From contig JBGTCY010000259.1 in the NCBI GenBank assembly GCA_041748615.1, positions 1-50,507 of the forward strand: DNA of 50,507 nt, read 5' to 3'. The translations under genes and the position numbers were made by a program. Every line of letters begins with the position of its first letter. The first letter of the stretch is position 1. This DNA is from Chitinophagales bacterium. GTDB lineage: Bacteria > Bacteroidota > Bacteroidia > Chitinophagales > CAIOSU01. Below the pieces are notes generated by a model that was not told the DNA's origin, searched no databases, and saw only the letters and a program-made list of their open reading frames with translations. This document shows positions 1 to 9,681 of the stretch, piece after piece.

Positions 1-412
1 TAGCACCCGCGCACAACTAAACGGCAGCCATCGAAGCGGCAACACCGGTGCACATTGTTGCGATGTCGGGGTTGATATATTGCATGGTGTCATAAATACC
101 TAAGCCGGAATAAACAATTCCGCCCGGGCTGTTGATATAAATCTGGATATCGCGCTTCGGGTCGGCAGATTCAAGAAAAAGCAACTGCGCCTGAATCACG
201 CTTGCCACATAGTCGTCCACCGGGCTGCCGAGGAAGATGATACGGTCCATCATGAGTCTGGAAAAAACGTCAATCGCCTGAATGTTCAGCGGGCGCTCTT
301 CAATGATATAGGGAGTGAGTCCGGTGATGGTGGTGGCGGCATATTTTTCCAAATGCGCGCTGTTCATGCCTTTGTGCTTCACGGCATATTTCAGAAATTC
401 ATTTTGATTCAT
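1..412 (-). CDS. clpP: ATP-dependent Clp protease proteolytic subunit; partial (runs off window) with an in-frame TAG at 17-19
   Basis: [37 protein letters not shown] motifs with Bacteroidota-type N-terminal extension. The frame continues past the TAG as LCAGA, matching ClpP 'AAVLLCAG'. Confidence 0.93.
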
Positions 413-498
413 AGGTTGGATTAAATTAAAGTGGCGTAAAGTTATACTTTACGGTTTTATAAATGGTAATTTTCGATTTCTTTTCAATATAGAACTCC

Positions 499-876
499 AT
501 GAGTTTAAAAATTAACGGCACGATTGCCATCGAAGGCATGATGTTCCACGCCTATCACGGTTATTACGCGGAAGAAAGGAGAAAAGGCGGTCAGTTCAGG
601 GTGGATGTATATGTGCAAACGGATTTGCAGCGCGGTGCGGAAACGGATTTGCTGAAAAACACGGTGAATTACGAATTGATTTGCGCCATCGTGCATCGCG
701 TGATGCAGGAAAAACATCATTTGCTGGAGCATGTTGCTTTCAGAATGCTGGAATTGATGGATGAAATTAACGGTATCCACAGCGCGAAGGTGCGCGTCAG
801 TAAAATTCACCCACCGCTTGACATTAACGCGGAAAGAGTGTACATAGAACTTGAAAAACAATGGTCAGTTTCTTAA
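499..876 (+). CDS. folB: dihydroneopterin aldolase
   Basis: FHAYHG..EER..GQFRVDV, D.L..TVNY, LLEHVA, K.HPP motifs. Confidence 0.93.
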   Translation: MSLKINGTIAIEGMMFHAYHGYYAEERRKGGQFRVDVYVQTDLQRGAETDLLKNTVNYELICAIVHRVMQEKHHLLEHVAFRMLELMDEINGIHSAKVRVSKIHPPLDINAERVYIELEKQWSVS

Positions 877-990
877 ATTCTTGCGAATACGCCAATCATC
901 AGGAAAGGGTAGGGGAAGGCAAAAAAAAAGTGTAATTTTTGAAACAGTCTGATAGGATTAAAGCGAAAAATTGATAACTTCGCACATTAA

Positions 991-1061
991 GGTCGCGTGG
1001 CCGAGTGGCTAGGCACAGCTCTGCAAAAGCTGCTACAGCGGTTCGACTCCGCTCGCGACCT
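991..1061 (+). tRNA. tRNA-Cys(GCA)
   Basis: Acceptor GGTCGCG/CGCGACC, D-loop GGCCGAGTGGCTAGGC, anticodon arm CAGCT-CTGCAAA-AGCTG, T-loop GGTTCGACTCC; CCA not encoded. Confidence 0.97.
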
Positions 1062-1075
1062 CACCTTCCTCACTG

Positions 1076-1125
1076 AGTTTAAAGTCTAAAGTTCAATATT
1101 GTTCTCATTAGATTGACTTTAAACT
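1076..1125. repeat. heptamer-based inverted repeat downstream of tRNA-Cys
   Basis: AGTTTAA-AGTCTAA-AGTTCAA tandem; AGTTTAAAGTC (1076-1086) pairs with GACTTTAAACT (1115-1125). Confidence 0.6.
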
Positions 1126-1262
1126 TTTAAATAAAGAAATTTGAAAACTGATTTTTCAGAAAAATTCTAATTTTTAAATAACCGGAATCATTCTTAGCTA
1201 TTGAGTTTTCAATTGGGTGTGTTAACTAATTATCAAAAGTTGATTTTTTAAAAAAAAGCTAT

Positions 1263-1270
1263 TATATTTG
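1263..1270 (+). promoter_or_regulatory. Bacteroidota sigma70 -7 element for the PorP-like gene
   Basis: TATATTTG matches TAnnTTTG, 17 bp before ATG 1288. Confidence 0.6.
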
Positions 1271-1287
1271 TTGTAAATACAATCTGA

Positions 1288-2336
1288 ATGGCAGCGCCAC
1301 ACCGCGTAATCGCGTTTATTCTCTTAGCGGGCATTCTACTTTTTCCCGCTATCGAACTTGCTGCTCAGGAAAGTAAAAAAAGAGTTTCAAGGCGCGCCAA
1401 CCGAATCGTAGTCAACGATCCGAACTTGTGGAATTATTCGATTATCAATATTTGGGAAAACCCTGCACTTGCTGGTGAAAACCGGAGGCATAACATTACG
1501 GCTGACTTAAATTCCGAACCTTCCGTTTATGGGATTAACCTGGGATATGATTTTCTTCCAATACCGTTCAAAAAATCAATGGCGGCAGGATTCGGAGCAT
1601 ATTATCTGCGGGATACTTATACTGCATTCTCCAACAGCACCATCACAAAAAATACTGTTGGAATAGCAGGTTCGTTTAAATACCAATTTAAAAATGAAAC
1701 GGTACTCAGCGCGGGTCTTTCGCTTGGATTATCGCAGGAAAAAAGCGGCTATTACCAGTCTTTTTATTTTTCAAATACGTATTCAAATAATAACAATCAC
1801 TATCCTTGGGGGAAGAAGAGTTTGAATATTTTGGAGATGAAGAGTGGGATGGTTATCAATTGGAAACCGATATCGTAAGGTTTGGTCCGGTGAATATTGG
1901 AGCATGGTATGCCGCAAAAAAATATTTTGCGGGTGCTGGCGTCCGCAACCTCACGCGCTATAATGAAAGCCATATTGGGAAGCCGCATCCCGGGCCCATT
2001 TATTTACATCTGATTGGGGGCTATCATTTCAATATCAAGGAAAAAGCGACCATTACCCCATCAGTGATATATAGGACGCAGGGATTACTGATGCACAGAT
2101 TTGACCCACGGCTGACCGTGAGCTTTGCAAAAAGCCGGGTGATTTTTGGAACTTATTATCAAAACAAAGGTCTTTACGGCTTGGCAGGCGCTGACTTGTT
2201 CTCGCATTTGCAATTCACACTTGAGGCAGGCGCTTCACTGAAAAAGACCGCTCATCGTCATGACTCATTTGTGAGAGCTACATTTCGTCTCCATTTTTTT
2301 ACAGGCAACGAAAAAAATAAATATCGCAACCGATGA
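1288..2336 (+). pseudogene. PorP/SprF-family T9SS membrane beta-barrel, split by a frameshift near 1808-1812
   Basis: Signal peptide and NPALAG motif in ORF 1288-1878. Barrel strands continue in ORF 1806-2336 (GAWY, LIGGYHF, TPSVIYR). One more G in the G5 run joins them (YPWGEEEF...). Coupled to a type B CTD gene. Confidence 0.72.
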
Positions 2337-2956
2337 GGATTACCTTATTTATAGTATTTATTGCTGTTTCACTCTCTGCATGCCAGAAAGACGCCCTGTT
2401 GTTGCCTCAAACGGGCGATCCTGTACGGCTTGATACGGTTGTCGCCTACATGTCAAAATCATTTGGCTATCCTTTGATAGCTTCAGTTACATGCGGGCAG
2501 ACGCTTGTCTTGGATGCAGCCGTCAAGAATGCTCGTTACAGGTGGATACCGGATAATGATACTACACAAACCATCACTGTTTCCAATATCCCTGACAAGG
2601 TAGCGCTTTATTATAGCGTGGAAATTATCAAACCCGATACCGTTTATATGCTGACTGCACAGGTGAATGGGAACCATAGGCCCCGTTTCTTCATTCCAAA
2701 TGTTTTTACTCCCAATGGTGACGGCATTAATGATGTTTTATATGTTTCAGCGATATGCTATACGGATTTGCATCTGCAAATTTTTGATACGTTTTCGAAT
2801 AGTTTAATATATGAATCAACGGATCCCAACCTCGGATGGGACGGAAGTTATAAGGGAAAAATAGTACCTGCCGGTAAATACCGTTACCAGATTGAAATCA
2901 CCACACTCGATAACGAGGTTACAAAATCTTCAGGATATTTTCAGTTAATCAGGTGA
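2333..2956 (+). CDS. lipoprotein with gliding-motility-associated (type B T9SS) C-terminal domain
   Basis: Lipobox LSAC; FIPNVFTPNGDGIND...WDGSYKG..VPAGKY.Y...GYFQLIR; ATGA overlap with the upstream gene. Confidence 0.85.
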   Translation: MRITLFIVFIAVSLSACQKDALLLPQTGDPVRLDTVVAYMSKSFGYPLIASVTCGQTLVLDAAVKNARYRWIPDNDTTQTITVSNIPDKVALYYSVEIIKPDTVYMLTAQVNGNHRPRFFIPNVFTPNGDGINDVLYVSAICYTDLHLQIFDTFSNSLIYESTDPNLGWDGSYKGKIVPAGKYRYQIEITTLDNEVTKSSGYFQLIR

Positions 2957-3162
2957 TGGCGAACCGTAAGCCCGCTTATTTCAAAAGCAACACTGATAAA
3001 TAAACTCACAACGCAAACACTATCTTGAAAAGCGGAAATTTTATTCAGCTCATCTTTCATGAAAAATTTTAATACCGAATCATTGGTTTCAGATACGCGG
3101 AAAAAATCCGAGATCATTTTACTTATATAATTCCCTATGACAAAAAATTCTTTTGTTAAACT

Positions 3163-3170
3163 TACTTTTG
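3163..3170 (+). promoter_or_regulatory. -7 promoter element for the carbon-nitrogen hydrolase
   Basis: TACTTTTG; supports a start at ATG 3186 rather than 3153. Confidence 0.55.
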
Positions 3171-3185
3171 TCAAAATCATCATTC

Positions 3186-4031
3186 ATGCAGGAAGAGATG
3201 CGAGTAAAAGTCGGTATGGCGCAGTTGCTCGTGGAAGGCACCGAGCCTGAGCGCAATTTCGAGCGGGCGCACAAACTTATCAAACAGGCGGCTGAAAAAA
3301 AATGCGACCTCGTGTTGCTGCCAGAAACCATTGACTTTGCGTGGACACACCCCAACGCGCTCATAGAAAGCCAGCCGATTCCGGGAACTTACAGTGACAT
3401 TTTTTGCGAACACGCCCGCAACTACGGAATTTATATATGCGTAGGATTAACGGAAAGAGTTGAAGGCAAACTGAATTATAACACAGCCCTCCTCATCAAT
3501 CCGCAAGGCGAGATTATTTTGAAGCACCGGAAAATCAACTTGCTTGAAGTGGAATTTCCCTATTATGAAGTGGGGCAAAAATTGGAGGTGGCAGATACGC
3601 CTTTCGGAAAAATCGGGCTGAATATCTGCGCGGATAATTATCTTGAAGCGACCTGCCTCGGACATTCACTCGCCCGCATGGGCGCTCAGATTTTGCTTTC
3701 CCCTTCATCGTGGACAGTGGAACATTCCATCACTGAAAAGGACGAACCCTACCGCGACAAGTGGGTGAAGCCGTTAGGCACGCTGGCAAAATTGTACGAC
3801 ATGGTGGTCATCAGCACCACGAGTGTCGGCTACATCGTGGGCGGTCCGTATGAGGGAAAAAAAATGGTAGGCTGCTCACTAGCGATGGACAAAAACGGTG
3901 TTTTGAAAAAAGGCTTGTTTAACGAATTTGCGGGTGTGCTCGAAGAGGTGGAATTTGAAGTGCCGCAACGCAAAGAGAAAGGCACGCAAACCGGGGAGAT
4001 GTTGAAGAAAAAGGGGGTGAGGTTTGAGTGA
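3186..4031 (+). CDS. carbon-nitrogen hydrolase (nitrilase superfamily)
   Basis: Glu-Lys-Cys triad: LLPET, HRKIN, NICADN; YNTALLINPQG. Confidence 0.9.
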   Translation: MQEEMRVKVGMAQLLVEGTEPERNFERAHKLIKQAAEKKCDLVLLPETIDFAWTHPNALIESQPIPGTYSDIFCEHARNYGIYICVGLTERVEGKLNYNTALLINPQGEIILKHRKINLLEVEFPYYEVGQKLEVADTPFGKIGLNICADNYLEATCLGHSLARMGAQILLSPSSWTVEHSITEKDEPYRDKWVKPLGTLAKLYDMVVISTTSVGYIVGGPYEGKKMVGCSLAMDKNGVLKKGLFNEFAGVLEEVEFEVPQRKEKGTQTGEMLKKKGVRFE

Positions 4032-4098
4032 AGAAAGTTGATAGAATTCTTTCAATAATTACTTGACAAAAAATCTTTTTGTATTCTTGCTGAACTAA

Positions 4099-4965
4099 AT
4101 GAAGTCATCCCTGCAATTATTACGTCCAAAGGAATGGGTAAAGAATCTTTTTCTATTTGCTCCCTTATTTTTCAGTGGGGAATTGCTTGCTGTTCATAAA
4201 TTACTTTATGCAAGTGCCGGTTTTTTCTTGTTTTCTTTCGCGGCAAGCAGCATGTATATTTTGAATGATATTCTTGATTTGGCTTTTGACAAATTGCATC
4301 CCGTGAAAATGAGACGACCGCTGCCTGCGGGAAAAATATCAGTAAAATCAGCCTGGTTAATTTTTCTAACCTTGATTATTATTTCTCTTGCAGGAAGTTT
4401 TTTTTTGCATCAAAATTTTGGATTTGTAGTTCTTAGCTATTTACTCCTCAATTTTGCATATTCCTTTTTCCTCAAACGATTTGCAATTATTGACATCTCC
4501 TGTATCTCGATTGGATTTTTGTTGAGGATTGTTGGAGGTGGAATCCTTGTATCGGTTATGTTATCTCCCTGGCTGTTCATCATGACTTTTCTTGTTTCTA
4601 TTTTTCTCGCGCTTGGGAAAAGAAGAGATGATGTTTTGTTGTTGCAATCAAATGGAGAGCAGATGCGCAAATCCATCAAAGGTTATAATCTGGAGTTTAT
4701 TAATTCAGGAATGGCAATTATGGCTGCCGTATTGATTGTTTGTTATATTAATTACATCACTTCACCGGAAGTGACTCAGCGTATCGCAAGCCCTTATCTT
4801 TTTATCACTGTATTTTTTGTTGTCATCGCTTTGTTAAGATATTTGCAAATCACGCTGGTGGAACAGAAAAGCGGCTCGCCAACTGAAATTGTGACGAAAG
4901 ATTTCATTATACTTTCGATGATTGCAGCGTGGTTTATCCATTTTTCAATTTCAATTTATCAATGA
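4099..4965 (+). CDS. UbiA-family polyprenyl-phosphate phosphoribosyltransferase (DPPR-synthase-like)
   Basis: RPKEWVKN, YILNDILDLAFDKLHPVKMRRPL, GFLLR, LALGKRRDD, SGSPTE: typical of the decaprenyl-phosphate phosphoribosyltransferase subfamily. Confidence 0.88.
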   Translation: MKSSLQLLRPKEWVKNLFLFAPLFFSGELLAVHKLLYASAGFFLFSFAASSMYILNDILDLAFDKLHPVKMRRPLPAGKISVKSAWLIFLTLIIISLAGSFFLHQNFGFVVLSYLLLNFAYSFFLKRFAIIDISCISIGFLLRIVGGGILVSVMLSPWLFIMTFLVSIFLALGKRRDDVLLLQSNGEQMRKSIKGYNLEFINSGMAIMAAVLIVCYINYITSPEVTQRIASPYLFITVFFVVIALLRYLQITLVEQKSGSPTEIVTKDFIILSMIAAWFIHFSISIYQ

Positions 4966-5612
4966 GGGTTCCCGGAAATTCAGAGTTAAGCGCTTACCTT
5001 TCAGAAACGGAAGTGAATGCCGGAATGATAGACAGGCTGAAAATCGCTTACCGACCTTATATCTGTCCGTTTGATGATTTGCTGACTTTAGTTCAAGCGC
5101 GGAGCAGAATCTATGATATCGGTTGCGGTTCGGGTCAATTTTTATTGCTGGCAGCAAAATATACTGATGCAACTGCTTTATATGGGATTGAAATATCAAA
5201 ACAACTTATCAGTAATGCAAAGCAGCAGTTTGAACAGCAAAATATCACCGTTCCTTTTCATTTTCAAACTTATGACGGAGTACATTTTCCTGAAAATCTT
5301 AAAGAGGCGAACCTGATTTTTATGATTGACGTTCTGCATCATCTTCCATCCAAAACACAGGGGCTTTTTCTTGAGAATATTTATCACGCGATGCAACCGG
5401 GTGCAAAATTGGTGTTGAAAGATATTGATGCTGCATCCATGCTTGTATATTGCAACAAGTTGCATGATTTAATCCTTGCCAAAGAAATCGGTAACGAAAT
5501 CTCTGTAGATGGTGCGAAAGCGATAACTGAAAAAATTGGTTTTCGGGTTGAAAGTCTGACTTACAGGAGAATGTTATGGTATCCTCACTTCACACTTTTA
5601 TTGCGAAAATAA
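4962..5612 (+). CDS. class I SAM-dependent methyltransferase
   Basis: YDIGCGSG motif I, DVLHH, PGAKLVLKD; start overlaps the UbiA stop (ATGA). Confidence 0.88.
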   Translation: MRVPGNSELSAYLSETEVNAGMIDRLKIAYRPYICPFDDLLTLVQARSRIYDIGCGSGQFLLLAAKYTDATALYGIEISKQLISNAKQQFEQQNITVPFHFQTYDGVHFPENLKEANLIFMIDVLHHLPSKTQGLFLENIYHAMQPGAKLVLKDIDAASMLVYCNKLHDLILAKEIGNEISVDGAKAITEKIGFRVESLTYRRMLWYPHFTLLLRK

Positions 5613-5622
5613 ATCTGGTAAA

Positions 5623-7260
5623 ATGCGCAATGAAAATTCTATATCATTGATTGCAGGTTGCATCATTTTATTTTCTCTCTGTTTTGTTTACCTGATAACG
5701 GCTGTGACTTTCATGTTCAATCAGCCGGTTACCCAATTTCATTTTCCGGCAGGTATTCTCATCGCATTTTTGGTAGTCAGTATTTTGTTCAATAACACCA
5801 TACAAATTGTTGCCGGAACACTGGTTGCGGTAGCCGCTTTTTTTCTTTCGTATTTTATTGCAACTCATACCATTGATATTTCATGGGATGGATTATGGTA
5901 TCATCAAAACGCGATTATCGCGACTGTCAAGGAAGGGGTAAATTTTTATCACACTAAATTTCCTGAAGGTGAAACCGGACTATATGTCAATCACTATCCT
6001 CCGGCAGCCTGGATTACGGGCTCAGCCATCTTCTGTTTTTTCGGTGATATTGAAATCGGAAAAATTGTACATCCGCTCTGGATTATTTCAGCAGCCTTTT
6101 TGGCGTGGAATTATTTCAGGAATGTGTTGCAGGTGTCAATCGCCTACTCATTCCTTGCCGGTATTTTAATTTCATTTAACCCCATTGCGCTCAATCAATA
6201 CAATTCGTTTTACATTGATGGGCAAATCGCATCTCAACTCACCTGTTTCATCTTGCTCGGATTAAGTTATCACAGTACAGGCAGGTCCTTGTTTCTTATT
6301 GCAGGTTTTCCGCTCGTCATTCTGATGTTCAATATGAAATTTACCGTGACTGCTTACATTGTGATTTTCATTGTTGCCGTCAGTACAATCCTCCTGTTTT
6401 CACTTAACTGGACAAGATTCAGGAAATATCTTCTTGTGCATACATTTTCGTTATGTATCGGAGCTTTCATTTTTGGATTTCAGCCTTATGTCAATAATTT
6501 TCTGCATCACGAACATGTTTTTTATCCGCTTGCCGGAATACATAAAATTGATATGATGACCGGTCAATACCATTATCCGAAACATCTGATTGGAAAGTCA
6601 AATTTGGAAAAATATGTCACCGGATTTATTTCATTTACCCGTCATACCGAACAGCATTATGCGTCAAAAGGACCTTTGGTGTTTAAGGAAAATGAATATT
6701 ATGCTACCAGCGGAATTCAGTGGCTGATTGGAGGAATGGGTCCGCTCTTCAGCGGAATAATGTCGCTCTCAGTTTTCATTTTTATAGTTAGTCGTTTTTT
6801 AATTGACGAAAAAAAACTATGGAATTTTTGCTTCTTGCTTTCCTTGTTTATTTTGATTTCTGTAATTATCAATCCAGAAAACTGGAGCGCGCGCTATGTT
6901 CCGCAGCAATGGTTGATACCATTTTTATTAATTCTACCATCGTTTGCCGTTTCAACTTTATTTATTCAACTGCTCAGGCTATTCGTTTTTGTAGCGATGC
7001 TGATCAACAGCGGCATGTTCCTGACTACTTCGATAGTTTTTAATCAACAAAGAGATTTTAGGGTGATTCAAAATAACCTGAAGGAAGGCTATCAGCAGTA
7101 TCCTGAAGCAATCATGTATGCGGGGTATTTTGACAGGAGTATGCATGAATGGTTCAAACGGGAAGGAATCAAAACATGGGATATCTCATCAGATAATTTT
7201 CACGAGCAATGTGAAAATCCATTACACATCATGAAAAATATTTACGTGTGTCCGAAATGA
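5623..7260 (+). CDS. polytopic membrane protein, probable GT-C-fold glycosyltransferase
   Basis: Many TM segments; acidic loop motif DISWDGLWYH, YIDG, KFT, WSARY. Confidence 0.6.
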   Translation: MRNENSISLIAGCIILFSLCFVYLITAVTFMFNQPVTQFHFPAGILIAFLVVSILFNNTIQIVAGTLVAVAAFFLSYFIATHTIDISWDGLWYHQNAIIATVKEGVNFYHTKFPEGETGLYVNHYPPAAWITGSAIFCFFGDIEIGKIVHPLWIISAAFLAWNYFRNVLQVSIAYSFLAGILISFNPIALNQYNSFYIDGQIASQLTCFILLGLSYHSTGRSLFLIAGFPLVILMFNMKFTVTAYIVIFIVAVSTILLFSLNWTRFRKYLLVHTFSLCIGAFIFGFQPYVNNFLHHEHVFYPLAGIHKIDMMTGQYHYPKHLIGKSNLEKYVTGFISFTRHTEQHYASKGPLVFKENEYYATSGIQWLIGGMGPLFSGIMSLSVFIFIVSRFLIDEKKLWNFCFLLSLFILISVIINPENWSARYVPQQWLIPFLLILPSFAVSTLFIQLLRLFVFVAMLINSGMFLTTSIVFNQQRDFRVIQNNLKEGYQQYPEAIMYAGYFDRSMHEWFKREGIKTWDISSDNFHEQCENPLHIMKNIYVCPK

Positions 7261-7856
7261 AAACTAAAAGGGTTGTTGCAGCATTTGATTTTGACGGAAC
7301 CATCATCCGGGGTGACAGTTTTTTTGAATTAATCAAACTGAGTCATCCACCCTTTCAGCGATGCATCGTCTTGCTGAAGGCAACGCCATTTTTATTACGC
7401 TATTTACTAAAACTGATTTCAAACTCAGAAGCGAAGGAGCGATTATTCAAGTTGCTCTATGAAGGAATTTCCATGGATGAAGCAATTTTTTGGGGAGAAA
7501 TATTTCAAAAAAATATGCTCCCAGAAATGATAAAAATGGAAGCACAAGCAAAACTTCAATGGCATCAGAAAAACGGACATGAAGTAGTAATTGTCACCGC
7601 AACATTCATTTTTTTGTTGGATAAATGGTGTGAAGAACATGGATACGAACTCCTATGTACTGAGCCTGAAACCAAAAACGGGAAACTAACCGGTTTTTTT
7701 GCTAATAATAACTGCTACGGTGAAGAAAAAATAAAAAGACTGAAAGCGTGGTGGGGTAAAAATCCGCCTGACATCCTATATGCTTATGGGGATTCAAAAG
7801 GAGACAGACCGATGTTATCGCTCGCAAATTTTTCTTTTTACCGGAAATTTAACTGA
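7257..7856 (+). CDS. HAD-IB family phosphatase
   Basis: FDFDGT, VTAT, NCYGEEK, YAYGDSKGD; ATGA overlap with the upstream gene. Confidence 0.9.
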   Translation: MKTKRVVAAFDFDGTIIRGDSFFELIKLSHPPFQRCIVLLKATPFLLRYLLKLISNSEAKERLFKLLYEGISMDEAIFWGEIFQKNMLPEMIKMEAQAKLQWHQKNGHEVVIVTATFIFLLDKWCEEHGYELLCTEPETKNGKLTGFFANNNCYGEEKIKRLKAWWGKNPPDILYAYGDSKGDRPMLSLANFSFYRKFN

Positions 7857-7863
7857 AGCCGGA

Positions 7864-9666
7864 TTATTGAAATGATTCTATTTTCAGATTATCAATCATG
7901 ATGCTTTGAGTTCCGTCTGCATTCCAAAATTTAACTTTCACTGTATTTATTTTTTTAATGGGAAGTTTTACATCGAGATAGATATTTTTCAGTTCTCCAT
8001 TGTTGAGCAGGCGATGCACCCGTATCAATTTTGACTTGACTTCTTTCTCATCATTTGACAGGGTGACGATGAATTGTGTCATTTTCCAAACGTCCCATTC
8101 TTTCAGGATACAATGAAAATCCGCAGATACACGAATCCACTTTTGCTCATTTTTTTCAAACGGAATGATGTATGCCGGACTCCATTGCCGGACTTCATTC
8201 AGACACAGGGATTTTTCACCTTCAATAGGAAGTGCATTACAACCCGTGTGAACCGTATCTTTTTCAAAATCATTCTTATAAATCAGTTCAACATTTTTTC
8301 TTTCACCGCAAAATGATTCATCCGTATCCAAAAGTTTGAGAACATTTTCTTCAGGTTGATATCTACCAAGCGTATTCCAGAAATAAGCTTTGGTCATGTG
8401 ACCAGCGTGCAATAAACCTCCCCTGTGCGCCTGATGGGTCAGCCATAAATTATAATAAATGAAAATCACGATTAAAACATAAATAAAATATTTTATGATT
8501 TTTTTGTGCTCAATCCAGGATATCCACGCACATAACGGGAAAGCAAGGATGGCATAACTCTGAACCATCGCGCGCTGACCAAGACTGCCTCCGTACCACC
8601 AGATGTTCCATGCAAAGGCGATATAGATGAAGATTGATGTAAAGAGTGCAAACGACCAGAATAATTTTTCTTTCATCAGAAACAACGGTAAGAATCCAAG
8701 AAGCGCAAATAACATTGCCGGAGAATAAATCAACCATCCCGACCTGTAACTGAATAGTCCATTCAGCAAATGAGGCTTAAACCAACTAAACCCCTGGTCT
8801 TGATAACTATAAACCAACCACTCGCCTGATACATATTTCCAGTAGGATAATTGCAAACTCCCAACCACTAAAATGGTGAATAGCGCAGAAAAAAATTCTT
8901 TTTTGTGATTCCGGAAAAAGGAAATTCTATCTAAAAGATTCTTCCTGAGCGGCATGGAAATTCCCCAAAATGCCGGTATCAATATGGAGATGATTTCAGT
9001 TGGACGCGTGATGGCTGCCAATCCGACTAACATGCCGATTCCCACGGCTTTTATGACAGATGGAGTTCGATAAAATGAAATCGTAATAAAAATCAACAAA
9101 CTGTAAATAGTGAATAAATAATTGTGCGTCATTGCTCCATTGATAGCGGAATAATCAAGGTAATTACTCGCAAAAACGATAGTTAACATGGAAACAGAGA
9201 CAGCAGTGTCGGAAAAAAAATGCAGTAAGTTTTTTCGCAGAAAAAACAAACCTATAAACGCGATGAACAAACTCCCGATACTTATCATAAATTGATATGG
9301 GCGTGAAAATCCGTCTGCTTCGGCATCACTGTTAATGGCGTAAAGGTGAGCCATGCTGAAAAACGGCAAATACTGTATTGCCTGCCCGACAGGATATTTC
9401 ATCACGTAATTACCGCTTTCGTGTAAAAATGCCTGATCGAAACCCGGAGCCGGGTGATACTTGCTGATTATATCTTCACCGAATTCAAGTTTTTTTAAGT
9501 CTTTATAAATGAAAATTGCGGGTAGATATAGATAATAACCGGAAACATCCCAACTAATAGTAGCTTCCGTTCTGTCCATTTTCCATTTTGGATAATAGAA
9601 AAATGAAACCAGCGATAGGAAAACATAACTGCCGAGAAGTGCAAGAAGCGAATATTTATTTTTCAC
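7864..9666 (-). CDS. polytopic membrane protein, probable GT-C-fold glycosyltransferase with soluble C-terminal domain
   Basis: ISWDVSGYYLYLP, KYPVG, RPT, WWYGGSLGQR motifs; many TM helices. Confidence 0.62.
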   Translation of the reverse strand: MKNKYSLLALLGSYVFLSLVSFFYYPKWKMDRTEATISWDVSGYYLYLPAIFIYKDLKKLEFGEDIISKYHPAPGFDQAFLHESGNYVMKYPVGQAIQYLPFFSMAHLYAINSDAEADGFSRPYQFMISIGSLFIAFIGLFFLRKNLLHFFSDTAVSVSMLTIVFASNYLDYSAINGAMTHNYLFTIYSLLIFITISFYRTPSVIKAVGIGMLVGLAAITRPTEIISILIPAFWGISMPLRKNLLDRISFFRNHKKEFFSALFTILVVGSLQLSYWKYVSGEWLVYSYQDQGFSWFKPHLLNGLFSYRSGWLIYSPAMLFALLGFLPLFLMKEKLFWSFALFTSIFIYIAFAWNIWWYGGSLGQRAMVQSYAILAFPLCAWISWIEHKKIIKYFIYVLIVIFIYYNLWLTHQAHRGGLLHAGHMTKAYFWNTLGRYQPEENVLKLLDTDESFCGERKNVELIYKNDFEKDTVHTGCNALPIEGEKSLCLNEVRQWSPAYIIPFEKNEQKWIRVSADFHCILKEWDVWKMTQFIVTLSNDEKEVKSKLIRVHRLLNNGELKNIYLDVKLPIKKINTVKVKFWNADGTQSIMIDNLKIESFQ

Positions 9667-9681
9667 GGTAATCTTTCATAA

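Noticed and set aside
17-19. Possible TAG stop-codon reassignment
   Set aside because: ligA, phhB and rlmI end at TAG at their expected C-termini
2941-3183. 80-aa minus-strand ORF in the spacer before the nitrilase
   Set aside because: No motifs, overlaps the neighbouring gene end and the nitrilase promoter
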